NCBI GenBank assembly: GCA_964534625.1
Contig: CAZHRF010000009.1
Span: 1-64,000 of the forward strand
Length of the DNA: 64,000 nucleotides
Reading direction: 5' to 3'
From: an uncultured archaeon
GTDB lineage: Archaea; Asgardarchaeota; Heimdallarchaeia; Heimdallarchaeales; Heimdallarchaeaceae
Of this stretch, positions 29,439 through 40,125 are shown piece after piece. Position 1 is the stretch's first letter. Each line of letters opens with the position of its first letter. The notes beneath the pieces were generated by a model, which ran no database searches, was not told where the DNA came from, and saw only the letters and a list, made by a program, of their open reading frames with translations. Both the position numbers and the translations under genes were made by a program.

Positions 29439-30221
29439 TCATTTTCCAAATCTTCTGTTTCGTTGTTGATACGTTCTTACTGCTCTCCAAAAGTCTATCT
29501 TCCTGAATAAAGGCCAGTAGGCATCAGCAAAATAATACTCTGCATAGGCAGATTGCCAGAGTAAAAAGCCAGATAAACGTTCTTCCCCTGATGTTCTAAT
29601 TATTAAATCCGGATCAGGTATTCCGTTTGTGTACATATGTTCATTTACGAGATCTTCGTTTACTTCATTTGATGAAATTTCTCCTCTTTCAATCTTTTTA
29701 GATATGTCTTTCATAGCATCAACGATTTCTGCTCTACCACCATAAGCCATACATATGTTTAATAGGTATTTGTCATACCCTTTTGTTGCTTCTTCAGTTT
29801 TTTTAATCTCTTCTTGAACAGATTCTGGTAACATGCTAAGTCTTCCCAGCACTTTAACTCTAAGTTTGTTTTCGTGGGTTCTTGAATCTTTTCTTATTCC
29901 TACCATTTTCTCTTCAGCTAATTTCATAATCAAATTTACTTGTTCTTCATCTCGATCAAAGTTTTCAGTTGAAAAAACCCAACAAGTAACAATCTCAACA
30001 CCAAGATCCCAACACCATCCTAGAACCTCTTCTAGTTTTCTTGCGCCTATATCATATCCATCTTTATAATCTAGTCCTAATTTTTTACTACCTCTTCTAT
30101 TTCCATCCAATATTATCCCAATGTGTCTTGGTATGATGTTATCTTTGATATCTTCATGTAATTTTTTCTCATATAATTTATAAACAAAATTAGGAATAAA
30201 CCATTTCATTGTTATCTGCAT
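29439..30221 (-). CDS. uppS: cis-prenyltransferase (undecaprenyl/dolichyl diphosphate synthase)
   Basis: HIGIILDGNRR, FSTENF.R, YGGR.EI, DPDLIIRTSGEERLSGFLLWQ, RRFGK. Confidence 0.97.
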   Translation of the reverse strand: MQITMKWFIPNFVYKLYEKKLHEDIKDNIIPRHIGIILDGNRRGSKKLGLDYKDGYDIGARKLEEVLGWCWDLGVEIVTCWVFSTENFDRDEEQVNLIMKLAEEKMVGIRKDSRTHENKLRVKVLGRLSMLPESVQEEIKKTEEATKGYDKYLLNICMAYGGRAEIVDAMKDISKKIERGEISSNEVNEDLVNEHMYTNGIPDPDLIIRTSGEERLSGFLLWQSAYAEYYFADAYWPLFRKIDFWRAVRTYQQRNRRFGK

Positions 30222-30302
30222 TTCAAAAAATCTGGAGTTTTTTTAAATGTAGCTATTTAAGGAAAGAAATATTGAAATGCAAAACAATAAGCCACTTAAA
30301 TA

Positions 30303-31208
30303 CTAAATTAAACCTTGTTGAACTAACAATCTAAATTCGTTTATACTCAGATTTTCTCCTTGTTTGTATTTTTCATAGCATGTTTTTGCTTTTTTATCTA
30401 ATTTTTTCTGAATATTTTCTTCACGTTCAGCTCTCGATTCTTGTTTAATCTCTTTTAGTATTTCTCTTTTTTCTTTAATTAATTCAAGCTTAGAGATAAA
30501 TTCTTGATGGTATTTATCTCCTAAATTTTTTGCTTCAATGAATTCTTGATGATATTTATTTGCAATTTTTCGCAGATTGTTTACTTCTTGGAAATTTTGC
30601 ATCATTAGTTTATGATTAACTTGAGACTCTTTAGCTGTTTCAACAATCTTGAGATTGGTGTTCTTAATACTCTTTTCATACTCTTTGATTTGAATATATA
30701 ACTGACTTTGCTCTTCTAAGGCTTTCAATTCTTCAGCTATACTCATCAATTCATACGAAAGATTTTCAATATTTTGCATTATATCTTTTTCTTTTTCTGA
30801 AGTCATAACACTAGTTTGAAGTGTCCACTCTAAATTTTTTATTTGATCGGCAAGGTTTTTCTGTCTATTTTTTTTCTTATTTTGATCTCGAAAATCGACA
30901 TGCAGGTTACTCTCATTATTGAGATTTTCTTCTTTAACCTCTTTTTTCTCTTCTTGGATTTCTTCTCTACTTTCTTTTAGTTTTTGAACCTTTTCATTCA
31001 ATTGATCCCTTTTTTCCTGAAAAGTTTTTGCTTTTTCAATATATTCACTAATTTTTTCATTTAACTCGTTTCTTTTAATTAGTGCTTCTTTAGAACGAGT
31101 ATTCTGTTCGTCTCGTTTTGCTTTGAGTGTATTTATCTCCTCTTGGAGTTTTCCTAGTCTTACAATTAGTTCTTCAACGTTTTGTTGATCCGTCATAACA
31201 TCAACCAA
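30303..31208 (-). CDS. Archaeal coiled-coil protein (COG1340-like)
   Basis: Heptad-rich; RDE.N repeats, LEWTLQT, H..M, C-terminal GE.LS..E. Confidence 0.75.
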   Translation of the reverse strand: MVDVMTDQQNVEELIVRLGKLQEEINTLKAKRDEQNTRSKEALIKRNELNEKISEYIEKAKTFQEKRDQLNEKVQKLKESREEIQEEKKEVKEENLNNESNLHVDFRDQNKKKNRQKNLADQIKNLEWTLQTSVMTSEKEKDIMQNIENLSYELMSIAEELKALEEQSQLYIQIKEYEKSIKNTNLKIVETAKESQVNHKLMMQNFQEVNNLRKIANKYHQEFIEAKNLGDKYHQEFISKLELIKEKREILKEIKQESRAEREENIQKKLDKKAKTCYEKYKQGENLSINEFRLLVQQGLI

Positions 31209-31374
31209 TCTCTGTCAATCTCGAGAAAAATTTCTCCTTTTTAGGATTTTCGTCAGATGAGTTTATTTAATTTAATTAATAAAAAATTGACTCTAAACTA
31301 ATGATAGAAATAAGTAAGCCATAAATAGAATTAAAATGTTAAATAAATAGAATTAAAGGACTAAATATTACTTT

Positions 31375-31764
31375 TTAAGATAATAACTGTTCAATATCTT
31401 TGGCTTTTCTGGCCATATCCAAGAAAACAAGCCCTAGTTTTGCTTCTTTCCTAGCACTAACTGTAAGTACTGCGTTCGGACCAGCAGCTGTTGTGATGAT
31501 ATAACCATATTGTCCTTCTATGAATATTTTTTCTAACTCTCCTCTGGCCATCTCTTGAGCTACTCTTTCACCTAATGATAGCATTGCGGCAGTCATTGCA
31601 GCTAATCGCGCTTCTTCAATTTCTTCGGGTAGAACAGAAGCAATAGGTAAGCCCTCAATAGAGACAATTGCGGCACTTTCAATTTCAGGAACTTTTATTT
31701 TTAAATCTGATAATGTTGTCTTTAATTCGGTTGTTTTATTTTCAAATGTTACTCCAAACGCCAT
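31375..31764 (-). CDS. Roadblock/LC7 domain protein
   Basis: AAIVSIEGLPIAS, AAMTAAMLSLGER, KLGLVFLDM. Confidence 0.93.
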   Translation of the reverse strand: MAFGVTFENKTTELKTTLSDLKIKVPEIESAAIVSIEGLPIASVLPEEIEEARLAAMTAAMLSLGERVAQEMARGELEKIFIEGQYGYIITTAAGPNAVLTVSARKEAKLGLVFLDMARKAKDIEQLLS

Positions 31765-32173
31765 TTTTGTTTACCTGCCTTTATATTACAGAACCACTAT
31801 AATTGAGATATAATTATATCTATATAATATTCTCGTTTATATTTTTAAGTTTACTTGGTGAGGCAATTTATAAAGATTTATATTCTCTTGATATTTTAAT
31901 ACAACGTTATACAACGTTTTAAGTACGAGTAGGTAAGAAAAAAGATTTTATTGATACTACGATTCTTCCATCAAGTAAAATATTATTCAACATTTTTCAT
32001 CTGTTTGATATTTTTATAGAAAAACGAGGGGAACATGTAAATTAACACCTAATTTTTATTTCTAATAAGCGAGAAAATTAATGGAATTGTTTTTATTGAC
32101 CTGGAAAAGACTTTCAATAAGAAGTCTAGTAAAAACACCATAAAAGACAAAATTTTTAATAAGTTTAATTCTG

Positions 32174-32365
32174 ATGAATTTAAGTAAAATGAAAGCACGT
32201 GATAGATTATACTTAGTTATTTCCCTTTCCATTGGTATTCTCTTCTTAATCCTAGCTATCGTACAAAATCAATTTGACGTATTAGGTGAAATTGCAGAGT
32301 TTACAGAGGAAGAGATAAAACAATTTATTGATGTATATATACATGGATTTCCTCATCCGTGGTAG
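32174..32365 (+). CDS. Small single-TM protein upstream of the Fe-S membrane protein
   Basis: One hydrophobic helix; co-oriented, 23 bp from the next gene. Confidence 0.6.
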   Translation: MNLSKMKARDRLYLVISLSIGILFLILAIVQNQFDVLGEIAEFTEEEIKQFIDVYIHGFPHPW

Positions 32366-32388
32366 ATAAAACTAAAGAGTGATTAATA

Positions 32389-33321
32389 ATGGCTTCAAAA
32401 CAAAAAGAAAGTACTACTATTAAAAACGTATTAAGGCCAATTGTAAACCATCGCATCCGTATTGTCCGATTAATTGTACAAATAATTATGTTTACATTAT
32501 TGAATGGTTTAATGTTTGGATTATCAAGAACCCAATTTCTCTTGCCAATACAATTCCCGACTGGAGGACCCTTTACTACGGTTTGGTCAGCATTTGATGC
32601 ACTCCAATATACGATATCAATTTTTATGGTTCCATATTTAGCAATATCCATTTTTGCATTATTTGGGGCAGTAGTTGGTAAAACAACTTGTGGATGGGTC
32701 TGTCCTTTTGGATTATTTCAAGATCTTTTCATATACATGCCTACAAAAAAGAAAAAAGTATCTAAACCTACTAATAAAGGCATGAAAAATTTTGCTTGGA
32801 CTTTTGTAATTATATCTGTTATAGTTTCAATAATAGTTGGAGTATCATTTAATAGAGCTGGTGAAAGTGCAAAAGAAGCATTTGGAATATGGAAGGATAT
32901 GCCGTTTAGTGTGTTTGATCCATCATCAACCTTGTTTGCATCAATTTTCTATTATTTAAGATGGGGTATTCAAAGTGCCACTTTTGGAGCTGAACTTGGA
33001 GAATGGAAATTTATTTTTTGGTTTAGATTGTTCCTTTTCCTCATTACATTGATATTAATAACTATATTCCCCCGAGCATATTGTAGATGGTTCTGTCCTA
33101 CTGGCGCTTTGTTGGGTATATTTAGTCGTTTTAGTTTAATAGGCTTAAAAAGAAACCCAAATAGATGTCCCAGCGGATGTGATGAGTGTGAGCGAGCATG
33201 CCCTACTCAAGTCCCGATTCTTTCATATGGAAAAGAAGTAGCAGACTCTGCTTGTATAAATTGTGGAGAATGTATTGATGCTTGTCCAGAAAAAGCGTTA
33301 AAAATTACTTTGAGAATATAA
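32389..33321 (+). CDS. NapH/MauN-like 4Fe-4S membrane protein
   Basis: CGWVCPFG and CRWFCPTG motifs, TM helices, C-terminal two-ferredoxin domain. Confidence 0.88.
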   Translation: MASKQKESTTIKNVLRPIVNHRIRIVRLIVQIIMFTLLNGLMFGLSRTQFLLPIQFPTGGPFTTVWSAFDALQYTISIFMVPYLAISIFALFGAVVGKTTCGWVCPFGLFQDLFIYMPTKKKKVSKPTNKGMKNFAWTFVIISVIVSIIVGVSFNRAGESAKEAFGIWKDMPFSVFDPSSTLFASIFYYLRWGIQSATFGAELGEWKFIFWFRLFLFLITLILITIFPRAYCRWFCPTGALLGIFSRFSLIGLKRNPNRCPSGCDECERACPTQVPILSYGKEVADSACINCGECIDACPEKALKITLRI

Positions 33322-33408
33322 TTGAGATTACAAAACAGTTCATCTTTTATTCTTTTCTCGAGATGAAAAAAGCTAACTCTGGTATGGATAAACCCTCACC
33401 AGGGAGGT

Positions 33409-34671
33409 TTATCTCTCTTTAGATTGTTTTTCAAATATACAAATATATCTAGAGATTGTGTTATGGCTACGTCCTATCTCAACGGGTAATGATTCATTAA
33501 ATAACATGGACTTTTTTATGATGTTTAAATCCAAATCCCGTGCAATCTTGTCATAATCTGTTGTTAAAATAATCTCGCTCGAATATCTATAAAGAGGAAA
33601 GATTATTATGATTCTACCCTTGTTTTTCAAATGTTTAATACATTGCCCTAAGACTTCAGTATAAAGGAGTTCAAGTTCTTTCATGATTTTATTGCCTTCG
33701 TCTATAGCAGGGAGTTCCTTAACAAAAGGTCCGAGATAAGGTTCCGTTACAATAGCATCGATGAGGGGAAGATTAAGCGCAGATAGAAAACGCGAATCTT
33801 GTTTATACAATTGCCAAACTAGTTTTTTTTGTTTTTCTGGGGGGTAAGCTATTTCTAGGTTCTCTTCTGAAGCTTGAATACATTTATAGTCACTGTCAAT
33901 ACCAATGGCATTTATACGTTGGTCTAACGCAGATAGGAGGATAGTTCCTGTACCACAGAAAGGATCTAATAAGGTGCCAAATTGGTGTACTTTTGCTAGA
34001 TACACTAGAGTTCGTGCCATTTTAAGTGATGTTCCATGGGTGAAAAAGCGTTTTGGTCTCTTTTTATCTCGTTCAATGTCATCAAACGGGTTTGTAACCC
34101 ACTTTGTGTAGCCTACTATGAGTTTGGATTTTACTATAAAACAAACTAATTCGACACCTCTATTTGGCATATTCTCTTTATAATATTCATAAGGTGATAA
34201 TTCCATGGATACTTTTGATTTGGGTTTTCTTTTGGGTAAAAGCTTAATATTCAAATAATAATCATGCTTTAATTGATGTATTGTAGAGCGGATTTGAGAA
34301 CCCACGTGTATTCTTTTTTTTGTTGAACCTGTATTAATATCAAGTGAAACTTTGATAGAATATCTTTTATCAATGGAAGAGTCTTTTAATAATATCAACA
34401 GGTTGTCATAAATCAATTTTTTCCAATTTTCGACTTTTTCTAACTCTTCTTCAAATAACACTTCTCCCATTTTTACCAGACTGCCCGTCATACTTAACTC
34501 TCTCTCTATCTTTGAAGAATGATTTTTATCAGAGTCTACAAAGAGATAATCAGTCCATTCTAATGTTTTAATATCGGTCTGGTTAAGACGCTCAAACAAG
34601 GTGGAAAGTTCCAATTTGGACAAAGACCGGTTGTATCCTATTTTAAAGAAGAAATTGAAAATCATGTGCAT
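33409..34671 (-). CDS. Trm11/TrmG10-like tRNA guanine-N2 methyltransferase
   Basis: KMARTLV.L, LLDPFCGTGTIL, IVTEPYLGP. Confidence 0.75.
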   Translation of the reverse strand: MHMIFNFFFKIGYNRSLSKLELSTLFERLNQTDIKTLEWTDYLFVDSDKNHSSKIERELSMTGSLVKMGEVLFEEELEKVENWKKLIYDNLLILLKDSSIDKRYSIKVSLDINTGSTKKRIHVGSQIRSTIHQLKHDYYLNIKLLPKRKPKSKVSMELSPYEYYKENMPNRGVELVCFIVKSKLIVGYTKWVTNPFDDIERDKKRPKRFFTHGTSLKMARTLVYLAKVHQFGTLLDPFCGTGTILLSALDQRINAIGIDSDYKCIQASEENLEIAYPPEKQKKLVWQLYKQDSRFLSALNLPLIDAIVTEPYLGPFVKELPAIDEGNKIMKELELLYTEVLGQCIKHLKNKGRIIIIFPLYRYSSEIILTTDYDKIARDLDLNIIKKSMLFNESLPVEIGRSHNTISRYICIFEKQSKER

Positions 34672-34676
34672 AACCT

Positions 34677-35708
34677 TCAGTTAAAAAATGCATCTAAACT
34701 TTTCTGTTTAAGCGAAGAGTCTAATCCTTTTTTAGCATTTTTCAAAGTATTAATAATTCTATCTTCTTGAAAGCCTCTTTCTTCACAGAGAAACTCCATC
34801 ACTCCATCAATATTAATAGATGAAAAATTAAGTTTATAATTATCAATAATCTTCGGATTGAGAAAAATTGATCTAATTATCTCTATGTCCACATCAAATT
34901 CTATGTCTTTTTCTTTTATTATTTTTTCAAGAGTATTATATTTTTGAATATATTTGTAAGCAGTTTTAGGACCAATTCCTTTGATTCCGTCATTATAATC
35001 GGTGCCTATAAGAATACACATGTCTATTAGCTGCTCTCTAGTAATTCCTAATGCATTCATTAATTCATCATAATTATACTGTTCTACATTTATTGTGATA
35101 TATTTATTTGAGTTAGGTAATTTTCTCCTTCCCGATAAAGTTAAATTGCGTATTAAAATCGGAGCGCCAAATAAGAGACTGTCATAATCTTGGGAAGAAC
35201 AAGCCCAAACATCATTTTTTTTAGCCATATAAGCTGCTTGTGCTTCACCTTCTTGCGGGGCTTGGACAATAGGGATCCCTAATAGGGAAAGTAGTCGTTT
35301 ACTATCTGCAACAATATCCTCTGTTATGACGCTAGTCCTTTGAGCAAGACTCCTTACTCGTTCCATATCTCCTACTTTACGAGCTTTTTCCATCTCTTTT
35401 CTTGCTTCTTTTTTGATTTGTTTTCTTCTCTTTATTTCTTCACGTTTTTCTTCAGGTGGAACACCATCAAAGACGTAAACAAGTTGAATACCCCGTTGAA
35501 GTAAATTTGCATTTCTATAAAGTAAACCTGAAAGATGACTGGTTATTCTCCCTTCAGAATCGGTAAGCAAAGACCCATCATAACCGCGAATGGAAGCTAA
35601 AAATTGATACATGACATTATATGCATCTAAAGAGAGTTTCTTTCTGCTTAAAGAATCCAAATCAATCGGTGTTCCTTCAAATAAGTCCTTTAAATTTTTA
35701 ACACCCAA
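34677..35708 (-). CDS. fen: Flap endonuclease 1 (TTG start)
   Basis: GVKNL, DAYN.MYQFL, TSHLSG, VFDG, EGEAQAA, SQDYD, GTDY, GIGPKTA; C-terminal PIP box QKSLDAFF. Confidence 0.97.
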   Translation of the reverse strand: MGVKNLKDLFEGTPIDLDSLSRKKLSLDAYNVMYQFLASIRGYDGSLLTDSEGRITSHLSGLLYRNANLLQRGIQLVYVFDGVPPEEKREEIKRRKQIKKEARKEMEKARKVGDMERVRSLAQRTSVITEDIVADSKRLLSLLGIPIVQAPQEGEAQAAYMAKKNDVWACSSQDYDSLLFGAPILIRNLTLSGRRKLPNSNKYITINVEQYNYDELMNALGITREQLIDMCILIGTDYNDGIKGIGPKTAYKYIQKYNTLEKIIKEKDIEFDVDIEIIRSIFLNPKIIDNYKLNFSSINIDGVMEFLCEERGFQEDRIINTLKNAKKGLDSSLKQKSLDAFFN

Positions 35709-35760
35709 TATAGTGCACCCAGTGATAGTCAAATAGAATGATTAAAAAGGTTATCACTTT

Positions 35761-36438
35761 TTATTCGAACTCACCAGTTAAAGGTACAAAAGCTACACCC
35801 ATTTTACTTTCAGAATGTGTTTTCCCTTCTTCATCCTTTTTCAGCAGTATCAAATCTTGGAAGAAAGTTTTCTTAATAGGGATGACTAATCTCCCTCCTT
35901 TTTTTAATTGAGGAATAATGGGGTCGGGAACTTTTTTAGCAGAACATGCAAATGAGATAATATCATAGGGTGCTTCTTCTTTGTACCCCCACCCTCCATC
36001 AGATTGGATAAAGGTAACACGATCTAGGTATCCTGCTTTCTGTAAGTTGTTTTTAGCGAATTCTATTAGTTCTGGAACGATTTCTACGCCATAAACATGA
36101 CCGGGATTTTCTACTCCTTCTGGTGCTACCATCTCTGCATACATTGCCGCATTATATCCAGAACCCAAACCAATTTCTAATACAGTATCGCCTACTTTTG
36201 GGTCTGTACAGTCGGGTGAGAGATAAAATAAGACCATATGGATGGCGCTAATTGTTTGGCCTCCTGGTATGGGGAGAGGTGTGTCTCTGTATGCCATCTC
36301 TTTTTGTGAAGGATGAACAAATTCTTCTCTTGGAACTTTGAGAAAAGCTTCCTCCATTCTTTTGGTTAAAGTGAAATTATGTTTTTTAATTCTAGATATT
36401 ACTTTTCTTTTTGTAGGATAAATTTCATCTGATGACAT
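35761..36438 (-). CDS. pcm: Protein-L-isoaspartate O-methyltransferase
   Basis: VPREEF, AY.D.PLPI..GQTISA, VLEIG.GSGYNAA, APYD, FVPL.G. Confidence 0.95.
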   Translation of the reverse strand: MSSDEIYPTKRKVISRIKKHNFTLTKRMEEAFLKVPREEFVHPSQKEMAYRDTPLPIPGGQTISAIHMVLFYLSPDCTDPKVGDTVLEIGLGSGYNAAMYAEMVAPEGVENPGHVYGVEIVPELIEFAKNNLQKAGYLDRVTFIQSDGGWGYKEEAPYDIISFACSAKKVPDPIIPQLKKGGRLVIPIKKTFFQDLILLKKDEEGKTHSESKMGVAFVPLTGEFE

Positions 36439-36499
36439 GATGTTAAATAAAATATATATAAAGAAGTTAATTAAACTTATGTTGTACAAATATTAAAAG

Positions 36500-36952
36500 G
36501 TGCATTTAATGCAAATTCATGAATTTCAGGTAAGTGGTCATCCAAATATTACAGCAACGCATAAATCAACTTTAGAATTTACTAAAGAAAATAATGTAAC
36601 ACTAAGGGGAGACTGTATCTTGGGTGTTAGTGCAACTACTAGCTTATATGATCTCCCCGAAGAGATGAAACAAGCAATACAAAAAGGGAATGAGATGGAA
36701 GTTGAGTTGTTAATTGACGGTGAGAAAATAGTAATAAAGGGAAGGGGTCATAAGAACCTGCTATTATCAAATAAACAGGCGATGGTCATAAGAAAAAGTG
36801 AGTTTACATGTCCCAGAACATTAATGATAGATGCTGATGCTGCAGCTAAAGATATTCCCAACAGTGTTTTAGCTAAAATGAAAAATCCCAATAAAACTAT
36901 GATAATCAAAATTTATGTGTTAGATTCAACACAAACATCTACACAAGCATGA
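36500..36952 (+). CDS. DUF371 domain protein
   Basis: GHPNITATHKSTLEFTKE, RGDCILGV, VIRKS.F...RTL.I.AD.AA.D. Confidence 0.9.
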   Translation: MHLMQIHEFQVSGHPNITATHKSTLEFTKENNVTLRGDCILGVSATTSLYDLPEEMKQAIQKGNEMEVELLIDGEKIVIKGRGHKNLLLSNKQAMVIRKSEFTCPRTLMIDADAAAKDIPNSVLAKMKNPNKTMIIKIYVLDSTQTSTQA

Positions 36953-37986
36953 ATTTCATAAGGTGCACTAGTGCGAATTTTTTGAAAATTAAGTAGCTTT
37001 TTGATTTTCCATCCATTCTCTGCCATTTTAGGTTCTAATATATCCAGTAGGTGTTTTTTAGGATTTTCAGCGGGTACAAATTGATAAAAATGTAGAACAG
37101 AATGTTTTTTAAACAAAGAACAAGCTACATCAACAAAATTATCCGAATGACCAGGTAAGTTCATTAAAACTCTGTCTGCTTTTGGTATTTTCTGCACAAC
37201 AGAACGACAGTCACCCAAAATAGGATTTATGTGTCCCTTCAGCTTATTTAATTGAAGAGATCGATTAAGACATTTAATAGCATGGCGATTAATATCAATT
37301 GCATAGATAGTACTATAGTGTTCTGCAGCTATATGAAGCGGAAAAGATCCCACCCCTGTAAATAAATCTACAATTTTTTCGTTGGATCCTACCAAATTGG
37401 ATATTCTATGGTGTTCATAAGACAGTCTTGGGCTAAAATAAGTTTTACAAACATCAACAAATATTCTCACATCATATTCTTTATGAATCGTTTGACACTT
37501 TTTTTTGCCCGCAAGAAATTCAAGTTCTCTGATTCTAAGCTGTCCAGTAACTGGTGATGCTTTGCGATAAACAGTTTTTATAGATGGAAAAAGTTCTAAG
37601 ATACTCTGTCCAATCAATTTTTGATGGGATAACAATTCATCAGGAATATCAATAACAACTATATCCCCTATTGTGTCAAATGATTTGGGAATAAATGCGT
37701 GTAAGGAACTATCAAGGTGTTCGAGTAAAACTTCTTCTAAACTATTGGGTGCTCTTTTTTTTATTTCAAAATTACACGTATCAATTTTGTAAGAGAAATT
37801 ATAAGAAAAAGAGGAAAGGAGGGTCATAAGTTTATCATACGAGATGTTAACAGGAATAGTAATATGCGTTTCAGTACGCGAAAACTTTAATGTCGTATCA
37901 ATAACATTATGAAATATTAACCACTGCCTCATTTTCTCTGTGTTATGTATGTGAACACAAATACCAATAGATGTAGTAGACCTCAC
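36913..37986 (-). CDS. trm5: tRNA (guanine37-N1)-methyltransferase Trm5/Taw2 family
   Basis: FDTIGDI, T.HKE, YFSPRL..E, DLFTGVGSF, MNLP. Confidence 0.88.
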   Translation of the reverse strand: MRSTTSIGICVHIHNTEKMRQWLIFHNVIDTTLKFSRTETHITIPVNISYDKLMTLLSSFSYNFSYKIDTCNFEIKKRAPNSLEEVLLEHLDSSLHAFIPKSFDTIGDIVVIDIPDELLSHQKLIGQSILELFPSIKTVYRKASPVTGQLRIRELEFLAGKKKCQTIHKEYDVRIFVDVCKTYFSPRLSYEHHRISNLVGSNEKIVDLFTGVGSFPLHIAAEHYSTIYAIDINRHAIKCLNRSLQLNKLKGHINPILGDCRSVVQKIPKADRVLMNLPGHSDNFVDVACSLFKKHSVLHFYQFVPAENPKKHLLDILEPKMAENGWKIKKLLNFQKIRTSAPYEIHACVDVCVESNT

Positions 37987-38062
37987 GAGCTATACCAAAA
38001 TAATAATATTATTAAGGATTATCGTATAAATAGAGCAGAAGCAAAAAAGAATAAAAGTAGGT

Positions 38063-38995
38063 ATGTCAGTGAAGCCAGTAAAAGCAGTAATACTCTTAGA
38101 AAAAGATGGGTCATGTAAATTCTATAGGGTTTATAATGAGAATTGGAACGAAGAAAAAAGACTGGGAATAGTAAGCTATGTAACAGCCATCACCTCAATG
38201 TTTACAGAAATGGGCGATGACATACCAAAAAGGATCGTTCTAGAAAAAAATGAGGTGATATGTGAGGAAAAAAATGGAAAGATAATTGCAGTTATTATAG
38301 ATAAAAGAAACGGAGAACATTTGGTACAAAATACTGTAGACTTATTTGAAGAAATGTTTGAGGGAACAAAAGAATTAGAAGATACATTTATACTTAATCA
38401 AGAAAACAAAGAGGAAGAGAAAAATAGCATCAAAGAGTTCTCAAGGAAATTAAATTTAATAATAAACAAAAGAACAAATCAAGGTGAGGAGAGGAAACCA
38501 AAAGAGAGGAAAATGATGCTAAAAAAAGATGTTCCTATAATGATTCAAGATGTGGATATTTTAATTATGACAGATTCAGGACAACCACTATTCATAATGA
38601 AAACATCTATATTACCATTTGATTCGGTGTTGGTAACAGCATTCATCGCAGCAATTATGGATGTTGGAGAACAATACAGAATTGGACAAGTAAGGATAAT
38701 AGAGGGAGAAAAAGTCAAAATGATTATTGAAAAAAATAAGAAAATAATAACTCTGATAATAAAAGAGAAGAAACTTGACAGGGGAGAAGACCTAATTAAA
38801 TTATCAAGGATTATATTATCAATGACAGAACAATGGATAGAAGAACAAGGATTAAAAGAAGAAGAATTGCAAGAGATGGTTGAAGGAAGAAACAAACTAG
38901 AAGAAATGATAAAAATGCTGATAGAAACAGAAACATGGGAAAAACATGAAATGAGAGAGAGAGAAAGAGAGATTCTAATAAGTACATATATATGA
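38063..38995 (+). CDS. Tandem longin-like domain protein
   Basis: Two copies of the pattern hhhh..G..hh....L(V)T(A/S)F(I/V).AI..h....h..I. Confidence 0.6.
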   Translation: MSVKPVKAVILLEKDGSCKFYRVYNENWNEEKRLGIVSYVTAITSMFTEMGDDIPKRIVLEKNEVICEEKNGKIIAVIIDKRNGEHLVQNTVDLFEEMFEGTKELEDTFILNQENKEEEKNSIKEFSRKLNLIINKRTNQGEERKPKERKMMLKKDVPIMIQDVDILIMTDSGQPLFIMKTSILPFDSVLVTAFIAAIMDVGEQYRIGQVRIIEGEKVKMIIEKNKKIITLIIKEKKLDRGEDLIKLSRIILSMTEQWIEEQGLKEEELQEMVEGRNKLEEMIKMLIETETWEKHEMREREREILISTYI

Positions 38996-39095
38996 TATTT
39001 AATCATAACCGGTATAGCATCTATTAGGTTTAATGAATATAATATACTATTTGTTATTCTTGAGATAGTTACTGTGAAACAAGATAGATTTTATG

Positions 39096-39112
39096 GTTTC
39101 CAAATTGGAAAC
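39096..39112. promoter_or_regulatory. Palindrome GTTTCCAA-A-TTGGAAAC upstream of tRNA-Lys(CUU)
   Basis: Perfect 8-bp arms; related GTTACTGTGAAAC at 39068-39080. Confidence 0.45.
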
Positions 39113-39232
39113 AAAGATGAACACATTTTAAAAAACACTTATATATAAAAAAGATTTTGAAAGATGGAATCATGATTCTAATAGTAAAATTTTTATGAGA
39201 GCAATAAAAGAGAGAACAGAACAAGCTTAATT

Positions 39233-39335
39233 GGGCTAGTAGCTCAGCTAGGTAGAGCAACGGACTCTTAAGTAAGCAAAAAGAACTTGTGGAGTAATCC
39301 GTCGGTCGCCGGTTCAAATCCGGCCTAGCTCGCCA
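39233..39335 (+). tRNA. tRNA-Lys(CUU) with a 26-nt intron at position 37/38 (39271-39296), CCA encoded
   Basis: GGGCTAG/CTAGCTC acceptor stem; ACGGA-CT-CTT-A[intron]A-TCCGT; BHB motif formed by a CTCT/GGAG helix with two TAA bulges. Confidence 0.95.
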
Positions 39336-39397
39336 TCTTTTGTTCTTTTTATTTGATATACGTTAAAATTCATATAGTTATATTTTATTTATTAGTT

Positions 39398-40102
39398 ATG
39401 ACTACTAAAAAGCTAAATATTGTTATTACGGGTGGGTCAAGTGGTATAGGTGAGGCCATTGCCCTTGAGATGGCTCCTGATGATCATACCTTTTATCTAA
39501 TAGGACGAGACGAGGCGCGTTTAAAAGATGTTTGTTCTCGTGTTGAACTTGCAGGGTCAAGATGTTTTTTTGGTGTTGGTGATGTTAGCAACCCAGAACA
39601 TGTTGACAGTTTATTTTCTGATATTCAATCTAAACTTGGTTTTGTGAATGTACTCGTTGCAAATGCTGGTGTAGGTTATTTTGGTTTTCTTGAAGATATG
39701 TCAATTGATCAATATGATGAACAATTTAATACTAATGTCCGAGGAGTATTTCTTTGGCTTAAGAAAGTTTTACCGAACATGAAAAAAGCAAACACCGGTC
39801 AAATCATTGTTACTTCGTCTAATTTGGGCTTAAACACTTCTGCACGAACAGGTATATACTCTGCTACTAAACATGCTATTCAAGCTATGGTTAGTTGCTT
39901 GCGCGATGAACTTAAAGGCACTAGTGTTAAAGCCGCTACCATAAACCCGGGTTCTGTGGACACTCCTTGGTTTAATGGAAAGGATGTCGATCGTTCTAAA
40001 ATGCTCTCCCCCTCAGATGTTTCACGTGTTGTCCGTTTAATCATTACACAAAGTGAAACGAGTAATATTGAACATATTCTTTTGTTACCTAGTAAGGGAT
40101 AA
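39398..40102 (+). CDS. SDR family oxidoreductase
   Basis: TGGSSGIG, NAGVG, YSATKHA, PGSVDT. Confidence 0.95.
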   Translation: MTTKKLNIVITGGSSGIGEAIALEMAPDDHTFYLIGRDEARLKDVCSRVELAGSRCFFGVGDVSNPEHVDSLFSDIQSKLGFVNVLVANAGVGYFGFLEDMSIDQYDEQFNTNVRGVFLWLKKVLPNMKKANTGQIIVTSSNLGLNTSARTGIYSATKHAIQAMVSCLRDELKGTSVKAATINPGSVDTPWFNGKDVDRSKMLSPSDVSRVVRLIITQSETSNIEHILLLPSKG

Positions 40103-40125
40103 ACAGTCTATTTTCCTCTCCTTTT

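Noticed and set aside
39069-39317. 82-aa ORF
   Set aside because: Antisense to the intron-containing tRNA-Lys.
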